The position numbers and the translations under genes are program-made. This document shows, piece by piece, positions 44,977 through 57,667 of a stretch of 64,000 bases of DNA (positions within the stretch are counted from its first letter, which is position 1; each line of letters starts with the position of its first letter). The notes beneath the pieces are model-generated. The model saw only the letters and a list, made by a program, of their open reading frames with translations. It had not been told where the DNA came from and did no database searches. The DNA is from the human T2T-CHM13v2.0 reference genome, Homo sapiens. The DNA is taken from the NCBI RefSeq assembly GCF_009914755.1, contig NC_060935.1. One strand, written 5' to 3'.

Positions 44977-45375
44977 TGTCAGAAGACAAGATTACAACAA
45001 ATGTAAAGATCAAATTGGCTTTTATTGTGGTTCTAGAATGAGGCAACACCTCATTCTATAAAATTGAATGTTCTGTTGAGTTGAGAAGAGGCTGGCTTTA
45101 TAGGCAGGAAAAGGCTGAAAAAAGCAGAAACAAAACAAAAGGTGGATTGGTTATTTCAAAGTTACTTTTCTTACAAGGCTAAAATAGAACTTTCTTCTTA
45201 TGCTGACGGATTAAGTAGAATTTTCTATTTTTGTTTTGTTTTTAAACCAGCTTGTTTCAAAGTTTGATATGCTCATTGTGCCCTTAGCACAAGACTTCTG
45301 GTTTGGTCTGGTCTGCTGGGGCCTGGCGCAGAAGGCTAATTCAAAACAATGGCCTTCCATGTACTTTATTTAATA
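44977..45375 (-). mobile_element. MER65-like ERV1 solo LTR
   Basis: Reverse start tattaaataaag..ggaaggccattgttttg..ggccccagcagaccagaccaaaccag; TSD gtga/gtaa. Confidence 0.65.
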
Positions 45376-45548
45376 GTAATATATGCCCATTGTAACAATT
45401 CAAACCAGAGATATGTCACATCTCTTGATATAATTAATATTAACAGTATGGTCAAATAACTTATGCTTTCCCAAGCTTTGTATACGTGTAGATTGATAGA
45501 TACATGCATAAACCCACATGCACATGTGGTTTTAAAAATTTTTAAACA

Positions 45549-45887
<339 letters not shown>

Positions 45888-45914
45888 TTAATTCCATTAA
45901 AAAATGTATCAAGA

Positions 45915-46850
45915 TGAAGCCACTTTGGAAATCAGTGTGACAGTGATATGACTCAGTTACTCTACTCCTAATATATACCCAAGAGAAATGAAAACAAATG
46001 TTCACATAAAAATTTGTACACAAATGTTCATGGCAGCATTATTCATAATTGCCAAAAAGTATTAACAACTTAATTTCCCATCAGCTATGAATGGATTTTT
46101 TTAAATGCGGAGTATTCATACAATGAAATATTATTTGTCAATATAAAGGAACCAAGTACTGAAACATGCTACACTGGTGAACCTTGAAGACATTATATGA
46201 ACTAAAAGAAGCCAGTCACAAAAGACCACATATAATTCCATTTATATAACATGTCCAGAACTAGCAAACTCACATGTTATAGACTGGATGTTTGCATTCC
46301 CCAGAATTCAGATGTTGAAATCTAACCCCCAGTTTAAGGTGGGAATTTGGAGAGGTGATTAGGTCATGACGGCAGAGCCCTCATGAATGGGATTAGAGCC
46401 CCAGTAACAGAGGCCCCAGAGAGCTCCCTTGCCTCTTCTACAATGAGAGGATGCAAGGCAAAGACCATTATGAACCAGGAAGTGGACCCTCACCAGACAC
46501 CAAATCTGCCAATATCTTGATCTCAGACTTCCAGTCCTAAAAAGCCATGAGAAATACATTTCTGCCATTTATAAGCCACCAATCCAAGGTATTTTTTTTT
46601 TATAGCAGAATGGACTAAGACACCATGAAAGACAGAAAGCAGACTCATGCTTGCCTGGGGCTTGGTGGTGTTGGGAGAGTGAGAAAATGAAGAGTTTCTG
46701 CTAATGAATACAGGGCTTTTTCTTGAGGTGATGAAAATATTCTGAGAGTAGTACACAGGTCTGCGAATATACTAAAAACCACTGAACTGTATATCTTAAA
46801 GGAATGGATTTTATGATATGTGAATTATATATCAATTAAGCTGTTAAAGA
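45915..46850 (+). mobile_element. L1MB-like 3' end interrupted by MLT1A
   Basis: atatacccaagagaaatgaaaac...aagaagccagtcacaaaagaccacata | gacagaaagcagact...gtgaattatatatcaattaagctgtt. Confidence 0.8.
46275..46622 (+). mobile_element. MLT1A0-like MaLR LTR
   Basis: tgttatagactggatgtttg...gagccctcatgaatgggattag...ggactaagaca. Confidence 0.85.
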
Positions 46851-47436
46851 TGTATCATGGACATTTCACAGCTCATTACATGCAAAACGAGTGCATTCTT
46901 TTACGTAGTTGCAAAACAATACTCTGTATTCTGCATCTGGTGCAATTTATTTTAGCATTTTTATGTTAATTGCATTCAATTTTGTTTTTCCAGTTTTTTG
47001 CTATTAACAATGCTCCAATAAAATACTACTGTAGGTAAATGTTTTTGCCTAAGTTAGATAAGTACAACTAAAATTGTTGAATTAAATTGTATGTACCTAT
47101 TTAATTTTAATAGATGCTGCTAGATTGATTTACAAAATGAAAAGAGCAATTCACCCTGATACCAACAGTAAATGAGACAGTCCATTTTCTTATACCCTAA
47201 CCAACACTGAATGTAATCAATCTTTTTAACTGTTGCAAATAGGCCAATAACAGTGAGTCTTTGTTGTTTTAATTTGCATTAAAAGAACTTTAGTAAGATT
47301 AGACATGTTTTAATATATTAGATATTTGCATTTTTTCTTTCATACATTTTCTTTTATAATATTTAGTCAGGTTTTACTAGATTTTCTTTGGTACCTTTAC
47401 TAATATGAAGGGTTTTCTAGTGTAGTCATGCTATGA

Positions 47437-47701
<265 letters not shown>

Positions 47702-47800
47702 AAAAGTTTTATTTTTTATGAGGTAAGGCTATCATTCTTAAAATGCCTTTTGTGTTGCCTTTCTTACTTAAAAATTACTCTCCCTCTCCACCTCAAACCT

Positions 47801-48183
47801 TGCTAGGCTTTAAATGTGTCCCCGAAATTTTCATTTGCTGGAAAGATAATTATCAAATTCATATGTTGGTCAGAAGTGGGACCTTTGGGTGGTAATTAGG
47901 GTAAGATAAGGATGTCAGCGTAGAGTCCCTGTGAAGAGACTGGTGGCTTTATAAGAAGAGAGAGAAGTCTGAGTTGATATGCATGCTTTTGCCCTCTTGC
48001 CACTTGATACCTTCTGATATGTTCTGAAGCAGCAGGAAGGCCCTCACTGAAAGCTGAGCAGATGTCAGCACATTGCTCTTGGGCTTCGCAGTCTCAAGAA
48101 CCATAAGCAAAATAAACTGATTTTCTTTATAAACTAACCAGTCTCTGCTATTCTGGTATAGCAAAAGAAAATGAACTAATACA
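47801..48183 (+). mobile_element. MSTC/MSTD-like MaLR LTR
   Basis: tgctaggctttaaatgtgtcccc...ggtggctttataagaagag...tatagcaaaagaaaatgaactaataca. Confidence 0.8.
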
Positions 48184-48369
48184 ACCCCCAAGGTTATATT
48201 AATAAAAAAAAAGTATATGGTATTTTAGTTTCATTTTGAACAATCAGATCTTTAAATCAATTTTTTAATAAGATGTAGAATAGATGTCATTTTGAAATTT
48301 TCCAGTGAAGAGACAATTGTGCCCAGAAAATCTATTGAATAGTCTATTCCTAAACTTTAACTGTGTCTT

Positions 48370-48700
48370 AATCCCATTCCTTCTTGCCTACTCAAGGAAT
48401 TTTTTCTTGTAATTTTTTGTTTTGTCATTGGTCATTTTTTCTTCCCTAATGGATTATTTCCACTAGCTGATGAATATGCTATAATATCTCCCATATTAAA
48501 ACAAAACGATCCACTTGGACTGCAAATCTTCCTCTATCATTTTGTTAGAGCAAAACTCCTAGAAATAATTGTCTGTTTTCATAGCCAACACTTCTTTACC
48601 CCATTCTCTCTAGAATCCACTCCAATTGGTTTCCTGCCCCCCACTCCACTGAAACTCCTCTCATCAATGTCATTTACTTTACATTGCTGAGAGCCAACCT
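48370..48700 (+). mobile_element. L2 fragment
   Basis: agcaaaactcctagaa...ccactccaattggtttcctgccccactccactgaaactcctc. Confidence 0.6.
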
Positions 48701-49029
48701 AGCCTCAACATGTATCTTGAACACTGAAAACCAAAACCATCCATCCCCCACAGCTTACTGTCTATGTTAACATGACTTTACTGTGCTATTGTCTTAATTA
48801 ACATAGTTTTATCAGGTGACAGTTGCCCAGCAAATAACTTCATTAATTACAAGAATTTCCCCCAAAGACCCATCAACTCTTCAACAGTAAACATTAACCT
48901 GACTCTTCACACTTCTTACCTCAAAATCCTCATCTTGCTATTTCCACAAATCCTAAACTGTTATCTCATGATCCTTACTCACACCTAATCTGGCAATTCC
49001 TGCATTGAAAGAACTGCCCTAAATCAAAC

Positions 49030-49471
49030 TTCAAACTCTTAATAAAATTTGATACTGCTTTCCCTATTTTACCAGTCCCCCTCATCCAATGCCTAAGATG
49101 TGGTGGTGGAAGACAGGAATATCGATCATCCTTGTCCCATGTAGTCCTAGGCTAATATGTATGTTTATGTCTTAGTTTTTAAACAAAAAAGTATAAAAAG
49201 TAAATAATTTTTTTAAAAAAGATAAAGGCTTATAGAGTAAGAATATAAAAACATTTTCAAATTCTTAATAAAATTTGATCCTGCTTTCCCTGTTTTACCA
49301 GTCCCCCTCTTCGAATGCATAAGATGTCGAGGTGGAAGACAGCAATATTGATAATCCTTGTCCCATGTAGTCCTAGGCTAACATGTATGGTTATGTCTTA
49401 GTTTTAAACAAAAGAGTAAAAAAATTTTTTTAAAAAGATAAAGGCTTATAGAATAAGAATATAAAAACATT
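49030..49471. repeat. Tandem duplication, period ~226 bp (49030-49255 / 49256-49471)
   Basis: Both units start ttcaaa(c/t)tcttaataaaatttgat and end aagaatataaaaacatt. Confidence 0.95.
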
Positions 49472-50037
49472 TTTGTATAGTTGTACAATGTGTTTTAAGC
49501 TAAGTGTTATTACAAGAGCCAAAAAGTCAAAAACATTAAAAAGTAGAAAGTAGAAAATTACAGTAAGCTAATTATTGAAGAATTTCCAAAAATAAATTTA
49601 GTGTAGCTGAAACATTCAATGTTTATAAAGCTTATAGTAGTGTAATGTTCCAGGCCTTCACATTTACTCACCATTCTCACTGACTTACCCAGAGCAACTT
49701 CTAGGACTACAAACTTTATTCACATTAAGTGCTGCCCTATACAGATACAACATTTTTTTTCAATCTTTCATAGCATGTTTTTACTGTGTTTTTTCTACGT
49801 TTAGATATGTTTAGATATACAAATACTTATCATTGTGTTATAATCGCCTACAGTATTGAGTAGTCACAAACCATACAGGTTTGTAGCCTAGGAGCAATAG
49901 GCTATACCACATAGTCTAGGTGTGCAGTAGGCTATACCATTTAGGTTTGTGTAAGTACACTATGATGTTCACACAATAAAATCACCTAATGACACATTTC
50001 TCAGAACATATCCCCACAGATAAGCAACTTGTGACTG
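49095..50037. mobile_element. Tigger3b-type DNA transposon (one end; partly duplicated)
   Basis: aagatgtggtggtggaagacag...taggctaa...ttctcagaacatatcccc..taagcaacttgtgactg terminal. Confidence 0.8.
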
Positions 50038-50044
50038 CCTTCGT

Positions 50045-50168
50045 ATATTGTCTTTCTCATCTACTAAAATGAGCATTCCCTGAGGAAAGACTTAGCTTGT
50101 CTTGTTCTCTATTGTATTATAGTACCTGGCACTTAGTGTGCACTCTACAAATATTTTTTGAATTGACT
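50045..50168 (+). mobile_element. L2 3' end
   Basis: tgaggaaagacttagcttgtcttgttctctattgtatt..agtacctggcacttag..aaatattttttgaattga. Confidence 0.65.
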
Positions 50169-50704
50169 CATTAATTAGTCAATTTTTGGATTGACTAATT
50201 AGCTACTTAACTGAAATTTCATCTTTTTCATCCAATAAGTTACTTAGATCTGTTTTTAGACATTCTGATCTGTTCTACTGATCTATTTTTATCTATTTCT
50301 GGGTCATTTTTTTCATTACTGGAAGTTACAAGTTTTAATATTTTCAAAACTGTCAATTCTTCCATATGGCTTATCAACTCTAATCTTTATTATCATTTTG
50401 TATAGTTATATAAGATACCCTTTTGAAATTAAATTTATATGTTAATTGGAGAGGCTTAATCATTTTTTTACTAAATCTTACTCAGGAACATGCCATGATA
50501 CCTCATTCAGGTCTTTCCAGTTTTAGAGGTTTCATAATTTTTATTGGATATTTTGTAGTTCTTATCACTATTATGTATTCTTTTGATTTTTATTTTATTG
50601 CTAATATTAATAAAAACTCTAGGTTTTTATATGTTCTACTTACCTGTGTATCCAGCAGCCTTAGCAGAGTTTTTAAAAAACATTTCAAATAGCTTTGCTA
50701 AAAA

Positions 50705-51490
50705 TAAAGTTCATTTTGGAATAATTTTAGATTTATAGAAAATATACCCCACACCCAGTTTCTCCTTTTGTGAATCGCACATATTTGTTGTAACTCAGAA
50801 ACTAACACTGGTACATTACTATTAACCAAAGTACAGACTTTTTGTAGCATTCACTAGTTTTTCCACTTATGTCTTTTTCTGTTCCAGGACAGAATCCAAG
50901 AAAATACATTTAGTGTCCATGTTTTCTTAATCTTCTCTGGTCTATGACAGTTTCTCAATCTTTCATTGTTTTGAGGAGTCTATGATTAGATATTTTATAG
51001 AATATTCTTCAGTTTCTATTTGTCCAGTGTTTTCCCCATAAGGTTGTGGTTAGTGTTCTTTTTAGTGCCTTATATCAGGAAGTGCATGCCATTAACATGA
51101 TTTATTACTGATGTTAACCTCAATCATCTGGCCAAGGTAGTGTTTGCGGGGTTTCTCCATTGTACAGTGACTTTTTTCTTTCTTTCTATACTCTATTACT
51201 CAGAAGGGGGTCACTAAGTTCAGCCCCCACTCAAAGTGGGGGAAGAGAATAAGCTCCAACTCTTAACAGAGAGAATATCTACGAGTCACTTTTGGAATTG
51301 TTCTATAAGGAATACTGCCCTCTTCTATTTGATTGTAGTTATTCAATTAATCATTTCCTTATATATGTACTCATGGATATTTAAGACTTGGTTGTAATAC
51401 AATGCTATGCTACTTATTTTGTTGCTTGAATTGTTCTGTTTTAGCCATTGGGAGCTCTTTCAAGTTGGCTCCTGTCTCCCTTTGATATAT
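50705..51490 (-). mobile_element. L1MC/MD-like 3' region
   Basis: ggaataattttagatttatagaaaa...gatgttaacctcaatcatctggccaaggtagtgtttg...gccattgggagctctttcaagttggctcctgt. Confidence 0.7.
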
Positions 51491-51852
51491 CGTCTCTAAG
51501 AGGTTTTTAGATGAACTGCTTGAATTTTGTTACACATACAGTCACATAAACAAGTAAAACTTGCCTTTTCTGGTTCTGATTTTAATGACTACTTCTGTCC
51601 TCGGCTGTCTAAAGTCTACATGTTCAATGCACTGTAGTTTCCTGTGTTGTAGAAGAGAATTTTGATGCTACTTGAATCCTCTTACCTTTGTAAGTAGTCA
51701 GTTCTCTTTGATTGGAAATTGTAAAATATGCCTTTTATCTTTGGAGTTCGGGAATTTCACTAGCATATCTAGGTATGTGTCTTCTTTCATTAATTTTGCC
51801 TACGATTTAGGAGTCTGAAACCTCACATTTTTTCAGGTCCAGAAGTTTCCCT

Positions 51853-52004
51853 TGAAACAGGGTCTCGCTCTGTTGCCCAGTCTGGAATACAGTGGTGTGT
51901 GATCATAGTTCCCTGCAGCCGCAAACTCCTGAGCTCAGGTGATCTCCTTGCCTTAGCCTTCTGAGTAGCTGGGACAACAGGCACACACCACCACATTTGG
52001 CTTT

Positions 52005-52052
<48 letters not shown>

Positions 52053-52160
52053 AACAGTCCCATTAGGTTGCCCAAGCTGGTCTCAAACTCCAGGGTTCAA
52101 GTGATCCTCCTGCCTTGGCCTCCCAAAGTGCTGGGACTGTAGGTGTGAGCCACTGTGCCT
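51853..52160 (-). mobile_element. AluJ with (TG)20 in the central linker
   Basis: gaaacagggtctcgctctgttgccc...gagccactgtgcct; (TG)20 at 52009-52048; degenerate TSD gaagttt.c.t. Confidence 0.9.
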
Positions 52161-52241
52161 GAAGTTTTCTTGTATTTATTCTTCAAATATAACTTACATA
52201 TGGTGTGTTTTTGTACCTTAAAACTTAGTTTTTCATATTGA

Positions 52242-52717
<476 letters not shown>

Positions 52718-52914
52718 CTCTTGATTTTTTATATCCAAAAATATGTTGAAACTTCAGAGAAACGATTTTATGTACTCTATTTGTATCACATTAAAGGTTT
52801 TTTTTTTTTAACATTTTTGTTATATTTATTCTTTTAATTCTGATATCACAGGAACCACTTACCCTCACTGGCTTAGTGTCCCTTGTGTTCATATTTAAGC
52901 TATTGTCTCCAGAC

Positions 52915-53304
52915 TGTCTTAGTTCATTTGTACTGCTATAAGAGAAATACCATAGGCTGGATGGCTTATAAATAATGAGTTTCTTACTGTTCTGGAGGCT
53001 GAAAAGTAAAAGACGAAGATGCCTACAGAATTGGTGTATAACAAGCACCCATCTCCTGATTCGTAGAGCACCATCTTCTTGCTGTGTCCTCAACATGGCG
53101 GAAAGGGTAAGGAAGCTCTCTAGGGTCTCTTTTATAAGAGAGTTGAAGTAAAAAAAAAAATCCACTAGATCCATTCATGAGGGCTCCACCCCAATAACCT
53201 ACTCACCTGCCAAAGGCCCCACCTCTTAATACCATCATCTTGGGTGGTAGGATTTTAAAAACAAATTTTGTGAGTGGAGGGACATGAACATTCAGTCTAT
53301 AGCA
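52915..53304 (-). mobile_element. MLT1A-like MaLR LTR
   Basis: tgtcttagttcatttgtactgctataag...ccattcatgagggctccaccc...aacattcagtctatagca. Confidence 0.85.
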
Positions 53305-53707
53305 GGCTTCAGGCCCACCCTTCTATTTTCTGCTTATTGAAGCTGGACCTGAGCTTCTGCAAAGCTTTTTCTGCTTTTCCAGGAGGGTCTCTACTCAGTT
53401 TTACAAATGAAAGGACACAGAGGGAGACATAAGAGACACACATGTTCCTGTTTGCTTCCTGTTGTGTCAACTCGTCAGTGCTTCTGTTTTCTGGCAGCGA
53501 CAGTTGACTTCGGATCTCCCTTTTATATTCATACTCCTGGAATCATTCTCAGGGACCCCACGGCACTAGCTAGCCAGCACCCTTCTCCTAGCATTTTGAG
53601 CTTCAGTTCCACACAACCCCTCTATAAGCTTTTATTATTTACCATATAACATTGCTGGTAGTTGAACATCTTGATCTAAAAACAGAGACATTTCATATGA
53701 TTCAAAC

Positions 53708-53860
53708 CAGGACCAGTTCCATAACGGTGTGAAATGAAAAATGAGGGTCCCTTGTTCAAAAATTGTTCATCAGACAGTGAAAGCAGAACATAAGCCAGAC
53801 CCTTCTGTGCACAGGGTGCCATGTGACTGCATAGGTTGCGCAGCCGTGAAGCTGGCCCTG
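53708..53860. mobile_element. MER45A (hAT-Tip100) element
   Basis: TIRs caggaccagttcc / gaagctggccctg; degenerate 8-bp TSD attcaaac/gctcaaac. Confidence 0.75.
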
Positions 53861-55593
53861 GCTCAAACTAATAGGTGTAGGTTCAAATAAGGCCAACCTC
53901 TTCCCTTAGTTCCCCTGGCTCTATGGAATGGTAGCTGCCTTTGGTAGTCACTGTTTCTGTTCTGTCTTTTTTTTTCTTTTTTTAACTGTTTCAGTTCTCC
54001 AATACCTGTTTAATCCATTTTTTATTGTTATTTTTACTACAATAACTAATGTGACTTCTTGTTTTCCTGAGTGATCCCTCCTAGATGCTTATGATATTTA
54101 TTTGACTTCTCACGTCAGCCATTGTGCAACAGGGACCCTTTATGTTGAAATGGGGTGGTGTGGGTTTTCAGGAGTATCAGGAAAGTCCAGTTTTTCAGTA
54201 AGAGGGTGTCAAAACATTTAAGCCAGACACTTAAATATGGAGACATGTTCAAAACAGAACAAAACAAAACACAAAACATGTTAAACGTATTTCTTTGCTC
54301 TTAACCTAAGTTCAGATTTTGGTATTCTGTTACCATGTCTTTCCTACAGAAATTGTTCTACCCAGATGAAGATCTGATGTTAAGTGGTACCGACATTAAA
54401 TTCCAGCGTATGTAAAGGACTAGCAACACTGCACACTTTTTAAAGACCTTGCTGAAAATCCAGACTCCCCTAACCAAAAGTCTTTGTATACTAAACCAGC
54501 ACAGTTATTCTAGAGGACAACAGTAGTACCTGCGGACTGTTAGATGCCTGTGGTCTGCAGAGCCAGAATACAATATTTGATTTGGCTCTTAAAGAGAGTG
54601 CTAATTTCCAGAGCATTAAATGGGGGCCTATGTTTGTTGCTAAACAATTAGACACACGTTGGCTTGCATTCTCATGCAAGCCCTGCATTAATCAAAGCCT
54701 GTTGTAATCTAACTGCTGATTGTTTTGAAAGATGAGGAGAGTGCATCTGTGTTCCAGTGAATCCCATGCATTCAAATTGCCCTTAAAACAATGAAAGTCA
54801 AGTCATGGCAGCTGAAATGAAGCAGCTTTGTACCTGGGAACACTAATATGCATAAGCATACCCCTAATATGGATGTGCTTGGTGGGGAAATGTTTTTATC
54901 TTGTTAGGGAACATGCATTAATGCAAATTTGAGAATAAGAAGTTATAATCATTAAAGGCAATTCCATTTCTGAGCTACTTACAGAGACAGAAAATATTGC
55001 ATAGCTTTTATAAAACTGCAAATTACATCTGATTTGAACTTCATTTAAAACTCCAGAGTGAGAGAACTGTGAGTTTCCCGTTAAATACAAAAGCTTAAAT
55101 GAGAATTCAGCACTCAGGAGACAGCTGACTGACAATAACCAATCTCACTGACGCTTGAGTGGGTACACACCAGTACAGTTAATCAAAACTCCACTCAGCT
55201 GCCAGCTCTTTTGGCATTCTTCTGAGCCCAGCAGAGAGTATCCAGGACAGGAGATTCACCCGTCAAAGCTTCAGCTCTGCTTTCCTTGACATTCCAAGCA
55301 GATTAGTAAATGACAGATTTCTGCAGCCTAGCAATGGGGCTAGCATGACTCAATGGCAGAGATGACAAGCAAATCTGTAGGATCAAGTGTTCACGGCCTC
55401 TTGTTCCATCAGAACTGGCAAAGCTGCCACCAAGGTTATTGGAGTCATATGTTTGGGGGAGAAACATTTTGTTTCAAACAATGTGACAGGAAAGGAGAAT
55501 GAGTCTACTCCTCACTGACACGTATAGCAGAAAATCTATCAAGCCTTCACCACCCAGCACCATCTATCCCTCCCCTGACACGTCATACAAAGA

Positions 55594-55595
<2 letters not shown>

Positions 55596-55634
<39 letters not shown>
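55596..55634. repeat. (TG)19 microsatellite
   Basis: Directly visible. Confidence 0.97.
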
Positions 55635-55636
<2 letters not shown>

Positions 55637-56514
55637 TTTGGGAAAACAGCAAAAATCATGGTCTGATTAAAGTTTACCCTAGGTAAAACTTTACTTACAA
55701 AAATGGTACACATAGACATTCCTGATAATCTTGTCTAATATTTGCAAATATTTCATCTTCCTCATAAAGTAAATGCATATTACCCTGTAAACATAGTCCC
55801 CACAACGCTTTTTCAATTGCTTAAACATAATCTAACCAAAATTTAAAGTTATGATTGAATATAGAAGGACTCAGATGAGGTGTACGTGGATTCACCAGTA
55901 GAGTTTTACTCAGAAACTTTTGCTTTGCTTTGTAACCCACTTATGAACAAGTCCTGAGTGTCTTGACTGATGATAAACTTACCAAGGCTTTGTTTGTTTC
56001 AGATTCTCTGTCCTGCCAATGCCTTCCTGGGCTTTAAAGAATTGCCTTCTTAGCCTCATTCCAAATTGATTTTCTGAGCACCTATTGTAGAAAAGGAGCC
56101 TGAAAACTACTGAAGAACACATCAGTGAAAGTGCTCATGCTCTTTCTACTCGGATAGCAGATATTAAATAGCAGCTTTAAAGTACTATTTCCACAGCAGG
56201 AAAACTATTTGAGAAAAGAGCCTAGGAGGCAAATACTAAGGTACCTGAGATTGCTTTTGCCAAAGATGGCTTTATACAAGGAAAGTCCTCTCGAAATGTC
56301 TCCACTTCTCTTATCTACTAGGAAATGTGAAAATGTGTGTAGCGTCTCCTCAGGATGTGAGCGTGTCATCATATGCCAATGTGAGCTTGTGGTAGTTAGT
56401 TCTTACTCAGTCCTTTAACATCCATCCACTCTTCTGCATCCCAGTTTGTGGAAACAATGATGCCTGATTTGAATAGCATTTTACAGGTTTCAGTGGTAGA
56501 CCCACTCTCCAGGT

Positions 56515-56735
56515 AAGCAATCTGGATTCAAGTCCCGGCTCTGTCCCTTATCAGCTTGTCACTTTGTACAAGTTACCGATCCTCTATGTACCTCAGTTTT
56601 CTTATCTACAAAATGGGGATAATAATAGTACCTATATGATAGGATTGTTTAAGGATCCAATTATTTGTATATAAAGCACTTAGAACAGAGCCTGGCACAG
56701 AATAAGTTTTATATACATGTTCTATTGGTATTATT
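56515..56735 (+). mobile_element. MIR SINE
   Basis: ctggattcaagtcccggctctg...cctcagttttcttatctacaaaatggggataataatagtacct...aaagcacttagaacagagcctggcacag. Confidence 0.9.
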
Positions 56736-56749
56736 TTCTTAATAAACCT

Positions 56750-56880
56750 ATGATGCGTGATCAATTACCCCCTTTAAAACCAGGAGACTGAGGTTTGAAG
56801 ATGTTAAATAAATGATTCCAAGCCAATTTCTAGAAAGCATCAGGATGAGGACCAGAATCTAGGCCCTCTCCCAGTCAAAT
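56750..56880 (-). mobile_element. MIR fragment
   Basis: ggagactgaggtttgaagatgttaaataa..ccaag..agaatctagg. Confidence 0.55.
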
Positions 56881-57607
56881 GCTCATTTTACTTTTCCACT
56901 AGCATAGGACTTTTATAAGCTTTTCAAAGGCAGAGCCTGTGTGGTCCCTGTCAATGCTTTCCTCCAAAAGCATTGAGGTGGAGCCTCAATGCTAAGAATC
57001 CAGTCCCTGTGGTTGGGAGCTTGCCTCAGGTATGGGGGAGGCATAATCTCTGAGGTAGGGGATCTGGTCATCAGAACCAGAAGAAAACAGGAGAGGATGT
57101 GGGGTGAGAAGCTAAATGCAGCAAGGGCCATGTTTTCAGCACATCATTCCATATCTCCTTCTCTCCTTCTCTGTCTATAACCAAGTCATTTTTGGTGCAA
57201 AAAACTGAGGTCCCTTTTATGGAAAAGTGTAGGTACTGCACTGGATACCTGAGCTACAAGGCACAAGCCCAAAATTTTAGAAAGAGGTTTAAGTGTCAAA
57301 TCCGTGGGACTTCAGTTTCACATCAGCATCATCCTCAGATCACTCACAGTCACCCAAGAGTGGGTAAGAATCTTTCCTGTCCTAGGGCTCAGAAACCTTC
57401 TGGTGTCTCCCTCCTGCTCTAAGCCAGCTCTCCATCCCTCCACACTTCGTACTTTCATCTCCTATCATGGCTGTAGCAGTCTTGGATCATCACTTTTGTC
57501 TTCCCAGGAAATCGTGTCTGCAGGTTTGTGAGAACATAGCTATTCATTCTGGTTGCCAGCCCCCTTCCTCTCTGCTGAGCCCTCCTGGGCTCACCCAGGG
57601 CATCAGG

Positions 57608-57667
57608 ATCAGGACCAGAAAGAGGTCCTGGATTATTATCAGGACCAGAAAGAGGTCCTAGATTATT
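57608..57667. repeat. 30-bp tandem duplication
   Basis: atcaggaccagaaagaggtcct(g/a)gattatt x2, one mismatch. Confidence 0.95.

Noticed and set aside
57608-57667. 30-bp partly palindromic direct repeat as a CRISPR-like array
   Set aside because: Only two adjacent copies, no spacers, no cas genes, mammalian context
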